Below, piece by piece: positions 36,531 to 44,589 of a stretch of 64,000 nucleotides of DNA. The notes beneath the pieces were generated by a model that was not told the origin of the DNA, made no database searches, and saw only the letters and a list, made by a program, of their open reading frames with translations. Both the position numbers and the translations under genes were made by a program. Where the stretch lies: NCBI GenBank assembly GCA_963747695.1, contig CAVVFV010000008.1, positions 11,592 through 75,591 on the forward strand, written 5' to 3'. Position 1 is the stretch's first letter. Each line of letters starts with the position of its first letter. Source of the DNA: Candidatus Falkowbacteria bacterium (lineage in GTDB: Bacteria; Patescibacteriota; Patescibacteriia; Patescibacteriales; WJLG01).

Positions 36531-36678
36531 ATAATACGAATACTACGAATTTTATGCGAATACTACGAACACTGCGAACCGAATAACACACCCTGTCCGC
36601 GAGGCGCGGACACCCCTCTCGAGAGGGGAATAAAAATAGTTCGCGGTATTCGCGAAGAATTCGCGGTATTCGTATCAT
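36531..36678. repeat. Nested palindromic element: CGAATAC arms plus a GC-rich twin-hairpin core
   Basis: Arms ATAATACGAATACTACGAA... and ...TTCGCGGTATTCGTATCAT. The core at 36595-36628 is GTCCGCG-AGG-CGCGGAC plus CCCCTCTCGAGAGGGG. Confidence 0.85.
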
Positions 36679-36758
36679 GTCATGTAATACTTAAATTAGC
36701 AGAAAAAATCGCGAAAAGCAAGCTTGCCTAAACAAGGCGGGAATGATAAGATTTAGGC

Positions 36759-37814
36759 ATGGAAAAACGAAGTTTGGAAGAAAAAAAAGGCTGGCCGTTG
36801 GCGGGAAACGTCAAGATTACCGATTTTTTGGAAAAAAGCATCACCAACGGTAAAATAGTCAATACTTATATTTTTTTGGGCTTAAAGGACCTGGGCAAGA
36901 CCGCGGCGGCCGTTTATTTTGCCAAGAGTCTGCTCTGCCAGAAGCAGAAGCCGGGAATTTTTTCGTTGCCTTGCGGCAGCTGTTCGTCTTGCCGCCAAAT
37001 GCAGAATTCCGGCAAGGAAGAAAAGGGTTTTGAAACATTGCACGGCGATTTTCATTTAGTCAGAAAAGAAGAGGGTAAGAAAAATATTTCCATCGAGCAA
37101 ATCCGGGAATTCATCAGGATTTTAGAAATGAGTTCTTTTTCGAATTCCTATAAAGTCGGCATTATCAAGGACGCTGATGATCTTTCCGAGGGAGCGGCCA
37201 ATGCATTGCTAAAAACCCTGGAAGAACCGCGGCCGAAAGTCGTCGTGATTTTGACCGCTGCCCGCCTGGAAAAAATTCCCGCGACGATCGTTTCGCGCAG
37301 CCAGGTGCTGCATTTCTTGCCGGTGCCGGTTGCGACGATCTATGATTATCTGGTCAAGGATCTTGGTTGTCCGCGCGGGGAAGCCAAAAATATTTCGCGC
37401 TTGAGCCTGGGCCGGCCGGCGCTGGCGGCGAAATTTTTCGAAGACCGGGATTTTTATCAGAGTTATTTGGAAAAAACCGAAACCTTTTTGCAATTTTTTA
37501 AAAATAATTTGAACGATCGCCTGACCGCGGTCGGTGCGATCAGCGCCGCCGGGGATGAGGAAAGCAAAGCGGAGACCGCCCTGGGAATTTTAAACGTCTG
37601 GCAGGGGATCTTGAGAGATTTGATTTTGCTTAACTCCAATAATGGCGATTTGATCCAGCATGAGCCGTGGCGGGAAAAATTGGAAAAAATCTCCGGCGGA
37701 TTGAATGGCGGCAGTCTAAAAAAGATCAGCGAGTCGCTCGCGCTGGGCGAAAAATATGTCCGTGCCAATGTCAATCCGCGGCTGGTGCTGGAGAATATAG
37801 CCATTAATATATAA
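36759..37814 (+). CDS. holB: DNA polymerase III subunit delta'
   Basis: FLGLKDLGKT P-loop-like motif, CGSCSSC zinc module and LLKTLEEP. Confidence 0.8.
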   Translation: MEKRSLEEKKGWPLAGNVKITDFLEKSITNGKIVNTYIFLGLKDLGKTAAAVYFAKSLLCQKQKPGIFSLPCGSCSSCRQMQNSGKEEKGFETLHGDFHLVRKEEGKKNISIEQIREFIRILEMSSFSNSYKVGIIKDADDLSEGAANALLKTLEEPRPKVVVILTAARLEKIPATIVSRSQVLHFLPVPVATIYDYLVKDLGCPRGEAKNISRLSLGRPALAAKFFEDRDFYQSYLEKTETFLQFFKNNLNDRLTAVGAISAAGDEESKAETALGILNVWQGILRDLILLNSNNGDLIQHEPWREKLEKISGGLNGGSLKKISESLALGEKYVRANVNPRLVLENIAINI

Positions 37815-37899
37815 TTTTTAATTTTTGTAATTTTTAAATTTTTAAAGAATTTTTAATATTTAATTTTTAAAAATTATAAAATTAAAAATTAAAAATTAT
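37811..37899. repeat. Palindromic element, AATTTTTA-word family
   Basis: ATAATTTTTAATTTTTGTAATTTTTAAATTTTT... pairs with ...AAATTAAAAATTAAAAATTAT. Confidence 0.75.
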
Positions 37900-37906
37900 C
37901 AGCCAT

Positions 37907-38998
37907 ATGTTCAATCAAAAAATCATCATTGCTTTTTCGCTTTGTTTGGCGGCGGTGCTGTTAATGGGCGCCGGGTGTTCCATTTCTTTCAAAGGCGGCG
38001 ACACCTCGGCGGTTGACGGCGGATTTTGGGTCAGTCTGGATCAAGGCGTATCCTGGCGGCAGGTCAATGCCGTGCCGACTGCCGGAGGCGTAAGCAATAT
38101 CAATGCGCTCGACGATTCGAGCCTGGCGCTGGATCCGGAGGACACGAACGCGATTTATTTCGGCAGCGCCACTGACGGATTATATTATACTTATGGTCTA
38201 AGCAACGGCTGGACCAAGGCGACGGGTTTGAATGAAAAGAAAATCAATGCCGTGGCCGTCAGCCCTGATGATAAATGCATCATTTATGCGGCCGCCGGCA
38301 ATAAAGTCTACCGCTCGAGCGACTGCAGCCGCACCTGGACGCAAATTTATTTTGATAATGATCCCACCACGCAGATCAATGCGCTGGCAGTAGATTTTTA
38401 TAACGCCCAGCGCCTTTATTTCGGAAATTCGAGAGGCGATGTGGGGCGCAGCGTCGATCGCGGCGATCATTGGGTAACGGTTTTACGCTCCGGCTCCGGA
38501 ATCAATCAGATCGTGCTGAGCCCGGCGGACAGCCGCAAGGTTTTCGTCACTACCGTCGGCGAAGGCATTTATCGGACTGCCGATGCCGGTGATAATTGGG
38601 TCTCGCTCAAGGGCGAGATGGCAGAATTCAAAAATAGTTTTAATATCGTTTCGCTGGTAGTCACGCCGGGTAATGACGGCCTGATTTTTGCGGCCACGGC
38701 TTACGGACTTTTAAAATCAGCCGATTCCGGCGACACTTGGACAAGGATCAATCTGATCACCTCGGAACAAAACGCTTCGATTAATTCTTTGGCCGTCAAC
38801 CCGCAGAATTCTAAAGAAATTTATTATGTCACTAATACTACTTTTTACAGTTCGGGAGACGGCGGCGCCAGCTGGCGGACCAAAAAACTTCCTTCCACCC
38901 GCGCCGGCTGGCAATTGCTGGTCAAGCCGGACGAACCCAAGGTGATCTTTATGGGAGTGAAGAAAACTCAACAAAGTTCCGGAGCCTTCGGATTATAA
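37907..38998 (+). CDS. Lipoprotein with six BNR/Asp-box repeats (beta-propeller, Ycf48/sialidase-like fold)
   Basis: LLMGAGCS lipobox. SxDxGxxW occurs six times: SLDQGVSW, SSDCSRTW, SVDRGDHW, TADAGDNW, SADSGDTW and SGDGGASW. Confidence 0.75.
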   Translation: MFNQKIIIAFSLCLAAVLLMGAGCSISFKGGDTSAVDGGFWVSLDQGVSWRQVNAVPTAGGVSNINALDDSSLALDPEDTNAIYFGSATDGLYYTYGLSNGWTKATGLNEKKINAVAVSPDDKCIIYAAAGNKVYRSSDCSRTWTQIYFDNDPTTQINALAVDFYNAQRLYFGNSRGDVGRSVDRGDHWVTVLRSGSGINQIVLSPADSRKVFVTTVGEGIYRTADAGDNWVSLKGEMAEFKNSFNIVSLVVTPGNDGLIFAATAYGLLKSADSGDTWTRINLITSEQNASINSLAVNPQNSKEIYYVTNTTFYSSGDGGASWRTKKLPSTRAGWQLLVKPDEPKVIFMGVKKTQQSSGAFGL

Positions 38999-39029
38999 TG
39001 GAGGAATAAGAAAATTAATAAGTTCGCAC

Positions 39030-39146
39030 ATGATGCGAATACTACAAATTTTACGCGAATACTACAAACAGATTTCACGAATTTACTTTTAATAATTCGA
39101 TAAATAGTTCGCGGTATTCGCGAAGAATTCGTAGTATTCGCATCAT
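39030..39146. repeat. 117-nt palindromic element, CGAATAC-word family
   Basis: ATGATGCGAATACTACAAAT ... ATTCGTAGTATTCGCATCAT. It is a close copy of 8760-8876. Confidence 0.9.
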
Positions 39147-39182
39147 GATTTCAACTTTAGATTAAATTAAAATAACAATATT

Positions 39183-39737
39183 ATGAATCAATACTTAGTC
39201 GCAAAAAAAGGCGAATTTCAGAAGGCCGTGGAGTTCTTCAAGAAAGACATTTCATCTTTGCGCACCGGACGGGCCAATACCGCTATTTTGGAGGGGGTGC
39301 AAGTCGAAGCTTACGGCGCCAAGACGCCCTTGGTCGGTTTGGCCAATGTGGTGGCGGCCGATGCGCGCAGCCTGATCGTGTCTCCTTGGGATAAAAATGT
39401 CGTTAAAGATGTAGAGAAGGCGATCATCGAAGCCGGTCTGGGCGTCGGAGTGGTCAACGAAGGCGACAAGATCCGTCTGACGATTCCGGCGATGACCGAA
39501 GAAAACCGCCAGGATTTAGTGAAAAGGCTGAATGAAAAAACCGAGCAGGCCAAAGTTTCCGTCCGGCAGAATCGTGAAGTGATCAAAACCGCCATCGAAA
39601 AAGCCGAGAAAGGCAAGGCAATCTCCGAAGATGACCGCTTCCGCTTTATGGAAGAATTGGAAGAAGAAGTGAAAAAAGTTAACGAAGAACTTAAAGCCAT
39701 CCGCGATAAGAAAGAGAAAGAGGTAATGACTATATAA
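39183..39737 (+). CDS. frr: Ribosome recycling factor
   Basis: Full-length RRF-like sequence of 184 aa, with RTGRAN and ISEDD motifs. Confidence 0.9.
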   Translation: MNQYLVAKKGEFQKAVEFFKKDISSLRTGRANTAILEGVQVEAYGAKTPLVGLANVVAADARSLIVSPWDKNVVKDVEKAIIEAGLGVGVVNEGDKIRLTIPAMTEENRQDLVKRLNEKTEQAKVSVRQNREVIKTAIEKAEKGKAISEDDRFRFMEELEEEVKKVNEELKAIRDKKEKEVMTI

Positions 39738-39738
39738 T

Positions 39739-39834
39739 GGCGCTTAGGCACTTAGGTAATTAGGGCTTAGGATTGTTTTTATGTTCAGAAATTAATATCG
39801 TTGCGCCTAAGCACCTAATTAACTAAGTACCTAA
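39739..39834. repeat. Paired word blocks: four TTAGG-core words (CTTAGG x3 plus ATTAGG), then four CTAA-core words (CCTAAG, ACTAAG, CCTAA x2)
   Basis: GGCGCTTAGGCACTTAGGTAATTAGGGCTTAGG (39739-39771) and GCGCCTAAGCACCTAATTAACTAAGTACCTAA (39803-39834). Confidence 0.7.
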
Positions 39835-39855
39835 TAATTTTTTAAAATATTTTTT

Positions 39856-41136
39856 ATGCTTTTAACGATAGTCGTCTTTGTAATAGTTCTATCCGTCCTC
39901 GTCTTCGTCCATGAGGCCGGGCATTTTTGGGCGGCGAGAAAAATGGGGGTGAAGGTCGAGGAATTCGGTTTTGGCTTGCCGCCGCGAGCCATTGGCGCGT
40001 TGAAATTTACCGCTGACCGGGCGGTGCCTTTGGCGGAAGAAGAAACTGTCGAGGTGGAGGAAAATATGTTCGGCGACCAAAAAATTCATGAAGAAATTAC
40101 CGAAGTCGGAGTAATAAAAAAAATAAAGCGGTGGAAATTTTTTTGGGGCGAACGATTGCCCGACCCGGAAAAAGATTTTGTCGCCGCTGATACGGTTTAC
40201 TCGATCAACTGGCTGCCCTTGGGAGGATTTTGCAAGATCAAAGGAGAAAACGGCGAAGGCGAAACTGATTCCGATAGCTTTGTTAACAAGGCGATCTGGA
40301 AAAGGATCGCCATAATTTCCGCCGGCGTGATTATGAACGTCATCCTGGCGATGGTGCTTTTTGCCGCCGGCTATATGATCGGTTTGCCGCAGAGCGTCGA
40401 TGACAACACCGGCCAGAATTATATTACCGATCAAAAAATTCAGATTGTCGAGGTTTTGCCGAACACGCCCGCGGCGAGCGCCGGAATAAAGGCGGGAGAC
40501 GTGATCATCTCGATCGACGGGAATAAGTTCACCCGCGACACGCTCTTGCAGGATTATGTCAACGCCCATGCCGGAAAAGTTTTGGACTATCAGATTTTAC
40601 GCGATAATCAAACCATCGATTACCAGATTACGCCGACCGTCAATAACGGCAAAGGGCAGATCGGCATCGCCATCGTCGATACCGGCCTGGTGCGCTATCC
40701 TTGGTATCTGGCGATCTGGAAAGGCATTACCACGGCGATAATCCTGCTTTGGGTGATCATTGTCGCCTTTTACGAATTGATCAAGAATCTGATCCTGGGC
40801 CATGGCGTTTCGGCGGAAATTTCCGGACCGGTCGGCATTGCCACGATGACCGGCCAATACGCGCGGATGGGTTTTGTCTATCTTCTGCAATTCGTCGGCC
40901 TGCTTTCGCTTAACTTGGCCGTCGTAAATTTTCTGCCCTTGCCGGCGTTGGATGGCGGAAGAATTATTTTTTTGCTGATTGAAAAGATCAAAGGCAGCCC
41001 GGTCAAGCGGGAAGTGGAAGCGACGGTTCATAATGTCGGTTTCATCGCTCTGATCATTTTAGTCTTGGCGATCACGGTTAAAGACATCGCGCCGTACACC
41101 AGCCCGTTGGTTAATTTGTGGAAGAAGATATTTTAA
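39856..41136 (+). CDS. rseP: RIP metalloprotease RseP (site-2 protease)
   Basis: HEAGHF (HExxH), a PDZ segment and NFLPLPALDGG. Confidence 0.9.
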   Translation: MLLTIVVFVIVLSVLVFVHEAGHFWAARKMGVKVEEFGFGLPPRAIGALKFTADRAVPLAEEETVEVEENMFGDQKIHEEITEVGVIKKIKRWKFFWGERLPDPEKDFVAADTVYSINWLPLGGFCKIKGENGEGETDSDSFVNKAIWKRIAIISAGVIMNVILAMVLFAAGYMIGLPQSVDDNTGQNYITDQKIQIVEVLPNTPAASAGIKAGDVIISIDGNKFTRDTLLQDYVNAHAGKVLDYQILRDNQTIDYQITPTVNNGKGQIGIAIVDTGLVRYPWYLAIWKGITTAIILLWVIIVAFYELIKNLILGHGVSAEISGPVGIATMTGQYARMGFVYLLQFVGLLSLNLAVVNFLPLPALDGGRIIFLLIEKIKGSPVKREVEATVHNVGFIALIILVLAITVKDIAPYTSPLVNLWKKIF

Positions 41137-41141
41137 ACTCC

Positions 41142-41158
41142 CCTCCTTTCGAAGGAGG
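41142..41158. other. GC hairpin CCTCCTTT-CG-AAGGAGG just after the rseP stop
   Basis: Stem of 7 matched pairs (an 8-nt left arm, CCTCCTTT, against a 7-nt right arm, AAGGAGG), related in flavour to the CCCCTC/GAGGGG hairpins. Confidence 0.5.
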
Positions 41159-41207
41159 TGTCTGGCGGTGGTTTGGCAGGAGAAAATCGCCGACCCCATT
41201 AAATTTT

Positions 41208-41450
41208 ATGTGGGATAATATTTCTCAAGTTATAATATTCGTTTTCGGCGTCTTGTCGATCTTTTTGGTCGCCAAGAAAAACAAGTGGGGTTTTGTCTGC
41301 GGCCTAGCCACCCAGCCTTTCTGGTTCATCACCACTTATATCAATCACCAATGGCCGATTTTCTTTTTGAATTTTTTCTACACTGCTGTCTGGATTTTTG
41401 GAGTTTATGAATGGTTTTATAAAGATAAAAAAATAATCAATAAGCCATGA
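41208..41450 (+). CDS. Small membrane protein (80 aa, hypothetical)
   Basis: I prefer the ATG at 41208 because the track's N-terminal extension runs through the hairpin. It has two or three hydrophobic helices. Confidence 0.5.
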   Translation: MWDNISQVIIFVFGVLSIFLVAKKNKWGFVCGLATQPFWFITTYINHQWPIFFLNFFYTAVWIFGVYEWFYKDKKIINKP

Positions 41451-42163
41451 AGCTAAAAATTTTTTTCATCATCATCGTCGGCGCGCTGGCCTTGAGCGGT
41501 TGCGCCTCAAGCAACGCGATCAACGTCCCGCTGCAGCCGCAGGCAGTAAGCCCGACGGCCGAACAGGCGGCTAATCCAACGAGTCAAACTAATAATCAAT
41601 CTAATCAAAATCAAATGAGCATTGGTAAAACCACCACGGTCACCCCGGGAACCGCCGATTCTAAATTATTGGCACAATACGATGGAGCAATCTTGCACAC
41701 CAATTTCGGCGACATCGAAGTGCAATTTTACAACGACGAAGCGCCGATTACCGTCACTAATTTTTTGCGTCTCGCCCAGTCCGGTTTTTACGACGGCACC
41801 AAGTTTCACCGCGTCATCCCCAATTTTATGATCCAGGGCGGCGATCCGAATTCCAAAGATAATGACTGGTCCAACGACGGCATGGGCGGTCCGGGCTATC
41901 AATTCAATGATGAACCGAATAACGAGAAGTTAGTTTACGGTTCGCTGGCGATGGCCAATTCCGGCCCGAATACCAACGGATCGCAATTCTTTATCGTCAC
42001 CAAGACCGACGGTACTCCTTGGCTCGACGGCAGCTATAACAATTTCGGCCACGTCGTCAAAGGCATGGATGTCGCCTTGAAGATAGTCAATCTGCCCCGC
42101 AACGAGAATGACCATCCGACAACCGACGCGACGATTAAAAATATAACGCTAGTAAAGAAATAA
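41447..42163 (+). CDS. Cyclophilin-type peptidyl-prolyl isomerase, lipoprotein
   Basis: LALSGCAS lipobox, FHRVIPNFMIQGGDP and MANSGPNTNGSQFFI. Confidence 0.9.
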   Translation: MKLKIFFIIIVGALALSGCASSNAINVPLQPQAVSPTAEQAANPTSQTNNQSNQNQMSIGKTTTVTPGTADSKLLAQYDGAILHTNFGDIEVQFYNDEAPITVTNFLRLAQSGFYDGTKFHRVIPNFMIQGGDPNSKDNDWSNDGMGGPGYQFNDEPNNEKLVYGSLAMANSGPNTNGSQFFIVTKTDGTPWLDGSYNNFGHVVKGMDVALKIVNLPRNENDHPTTDATIKNITLVKK

Positions 42164-42181
42164 AAAGTAAGAAGTAAAAAA

Positions 42182-42664
42182 ATGGAGGGGACCAAACTTG
42201 AAGAAATTAATCGATTAAAAGAAGAAACAGAAGAAAAATATAAGAAAATAGTCAAACTTTTTTGTCCGGCTTTAAAATCCGAAATTTATTTCAATTCCGA
42301 AGGCTTTCATCATTTGCGATATGATGGCCATCGGAGCGAAAGAGACAAAGTAGTTCAAAGAAATAAATTTTTGTGTTTTGATGCCGCAGTAGAAATATTG
42401 AAAACCTCAACAACTATTCAAGAATATCGCCGATCAATTTGTCCGATTGGAAAAATTGACCAAAGCGGTTTTCGTAAAACTAAAACAGTCGAATGGTTTT
42501 GTTTTTTCGCCATCATCAGTTTTTCCAAATGCCGCCGCATCAAGGTAATTGTTAGGCGCATCGGCGAAGAAACTAGAAAATTTAATTTCTGGAGCATTAT
42601 GCCATATTGGAATTTGACCAGCGGACGAAGAGTTATCGGCTTGAAAGAAATCGAAGATGGCTAA
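42182..42664 (+). CDS. Hypothetical protein (160 aa)
   Basis: A clear ORF followed by a terminator. I recognise no family. Confidence 0.5.
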   Translation: MEGTKLEEINRLKEETEEKYKKIVKLFCPALKSEIYFNSEGFHHLRYDGHRSERDKVVQRNKFLCFDAAVEILKTSTTIQEYRRSICPIGKIDQSGFRKTKTVEWFCFFAIISFSKCRRIKVIVRRIGEETRKFNFWSIMPYWNLTSGRRVIGLKEIEDG

Positions 42665-42666
42665 TC

Positions 42667-42695
42667 AAAAACACCCTCGATCGAGAGTGTTTTTA
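42667..42695 (+). terminator. Rho-independent terminator
   Basis: ACACCCTCGA/TCGAGAGTGT stem followed by TTTT. Confidence 0.7.
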
Positions 42696-42765
42696 TTGTG
42701 CCTGCTTTTCGGTTTATACTCCCTTTTGGGGACTAACCGAACAGGGCTTGCGCCCACAAGCACAT

Positions 42766-42774
42766 TGTTATAAT
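42766..42774 (+). promoter_or_regulatory. Extended -10 promoter TGTTATAAT
   Basis: TGnTATAAT, 25 nt upstream of the rlmN ATG. Confidence 0.45.
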
Positions 42775-42799
42775 ATAGTATTTTATAAGATTTGTCAAA

Positions 42800-43855
42800 A
42801 TGGATATTAAGAAAATACAAGAAATATTGAAGGATGAGCCGAAATTCAGGATCAAGCAGGTCTATGAGGCGGTTTTTGCCAAATTCATCGATAATTGGGA
42901 TGAGGCGACCAATCTGCCTTTCAGCTTGCGGGAGAAGTTGAAAGCCGAAGCGCCGCTCGAAATCAAAGCGGATATTTTGGTGGCGTCCGATAAAAGTACT
43001 GTTAAAGCGGCGCTTGACTTCGGCGACGGCAAGATTGAAACAGTCTTGATCCGCCATGGCGAAGGCCGGAATACGGTTTGCGTTTCTTCGCAGATCGGTT
43101 GCCTGTTAGGCTGCGAATTCTGTCTGACCGGAGCTTGCGGCTTCACTCGCAGCCTGAATTTTTATGAAATCGTCGAACAGGTTTTGTTTTTTTCCCGCTA
43201 TCTTCGCTCCCCCTTCGCTAAGGCTACGGGGGACAAGCAAGAGGGGAATGAGAGGGTTTCCAATGTTGTTTTTATGGGCATGGGCGAGCCATTATTGAAC
43301 TATGATGAAGTGATGAAGGCCGTCAGATTTTTTAATGACGAAGAGACTTTCAACATCGGGGCGCGGAAGATTTCCATCTCCACGGTGGGGATCATCGATG
43401 GCATCAAGAAATTAGCCAATGAGCCGTTGCAAATAAATTTAGCTTTATCGCTGCACGCGCCGGACGATGAATTACGCCAGCAAATAATGCCGGTCGCCAA
43501 AAATAATCCGTTGAAAAGCTTGCTTAAGGCCGTGAAAAGTTACATTACTAAAACCAACCGCAAAGTGATGATCGAATATTTAATGCTCGATAAAGTCAAT
43601 GATTCTTCGGCTCAAGCGCAGAAATTAGCCGATTTGCTCAAAGTTCATCTGGGCCGATTGTTCATGGTTAATTTGATCTCTTATAATGAAACGCAAAAAT
43701 ACCGAACTTCGCCGCCCGCGGTGATCAATAATTTTAGAAAAATTCTGGAGCGGGAGGGCATCGAGACTTCGCAGCGTTTTAAGTTCGGCCGCGACGTGCA
43801 GGCCGCTTGCGGACAACTGGCCGGCGGCAAAGAAAAAAGAAAAGATAAAAGATAA
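42800..43855 (+). CDS. rlmN: 23S rRNA/tRNA adenine-C2 methyltransferase RlmN (radical SAM)
   Basis: GCLLGCEFC (CxxxCxxC), VVFMGMGEPL and a C-terminal Cys. Confidence 0.9.
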   Translation: MDIKKIQEILKDEPKFRIKQVYEAVFAKFIDNWDEATNLPFSLREKLKAEAPLEIKADILVASDKSTVKAALDFGDGKIETVLIRHGEGRNTVCVSSQIGCLLGCEFCLTGACGFTRSLNFYEIVEQVLFFSRYLRSPFAKATGDKQEGNERVSNVVFMGMGEPLLNYDEVMKAVRFFNDEETFNIGARKISISTVGIIDGIKKLANEPLQINLALSLHAPDDELRQQIMPVAKNNPLKSLLKAVKSYITKTNRKVMIEYLMLDKVNDSSAQAQKLADLLKVHLGRLFMVNLISYNETQKYRTSPPAVINNFRKILEREGIETSQRFKFGRDVQAACGQLAGGKEKRKDKR

Positions 43856-43884
43856 AAAATTGATTCATTCGTAGTAAATAAAAG

Positions 43885-43916
43885 ACCGCGGTCGCTGGAA
43901 GCTGGCCGCGGTTTTT
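43885..43916. terminator. Terminator between convergent rlmN and the 43930 operon
   Basis: ACCGCGG...CCGCGGT stem followed by TTTTT, with an A-rich 5' flank. Confidence 0.65.
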
Positions 43917-43929
43917 GAGTTGATTATTC

Positions 43930-44589
43930 CTAATCGCTGAGGTTAGTAACAGTGATCCGGTTTGGCTCCAGAACCACGATTTTACCGACAATCGAGTTCT
44001 TCTTGCCACTAATGCTTGACGGCGCGATGGAGTTGCCATCCACGATTAGCGTCGTTTCCTGGCGAACCTTCTGTCCTTTGTCTTCTCTGTCTTCAACCAG
44101 GCGGATGAAATAGTAGCCTTCCTTGAAGAGTTTAGAGGTGGGATCGGAAGGGGGCCGGTTTTGTTTGGTAATGACTCTGGTGACCAGACCCAGGATTTCG
44201 GTAAATTGCCGCAGCACAAGGAACCTGCCCCTGAAAAGTTGATGTCCTGGTTTTCCCGGAATACGGTTTTCTGATTTTTCGAAGACGATCAGCCGGGACG
44301 ATTCAATGAAAATATTTTTCCCGATAACGCTGTTGTTTCCAGTAATACTGGTTGCGGGAATTTCATTGTTATCGACCAACACCGCGGTCACTCTGTCGCG
44401 CGGTGGTTTTTCTTTGTTTTCGGGCTCGATAATTTTCAACAAAGAGAAATTCTGGGGGAAGAGCAGGGGAAAAGAAGGGTCGGGAGAGATTTCTGATTCT
44501 TGAGTGAAGACTTCGTATACCTCTCCGCAAATCTCCAGTACCGGTCGGAGCACATTGATTATTCCCGGGATAATTATCTGGCTGGGCAT
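43930..44589 (-). CDS. Hypothetical protein with an internal duplication (219 aa)
   Basis: Strong SD (AAGGAGG-cgagt-ATG). Two similar segments: VLVDNNEIPATSITGNNSVIGKNIFIESSRLIVFE and LIVDGNSIAPSSISGKKNSIVGKIVVLEPNRITVTN. Confidence 0.65.
   Translation of the reverse strand: MPSQIIIPGIINVLRPVLEICGEVYEVFTQESEISPDPSFPLLFPQNFSLLKIIEPENKEKPPRDRVTAVLVDNNEIPATSITGNNSVIGKNIFIESSRLIVFEKSENRIPGKPGHQLFRGRFLVLRQFTEILGLVTRVITKQNRPPSDPTSKLFKEGYYFIRLVEDREDKGQKVRQETTLIVDGNSIAPSSISGKKNSIVGKIVVLEPNRITVTNLSD

Noticed and set aside
36405-36731. A 108-aa ORF spanning the wbaP-holB intergenic region.
   Set aside because: It reads straight through the palindromic element and the GC twin hairpin (translated as ...TPCPRGADTPLERG...). 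It is a repeat read-through and not a gene.
41152-41160. A perfect Shine-Dalgarno sequence, AAGGAGGTG, after rseP.
   Set aside because: It is the 3' half of the CCTCCTTT-CG-AAGGAGG hairpin. No start codon follows within 5-10 nt, and the next credible start is the ATG at 41208.
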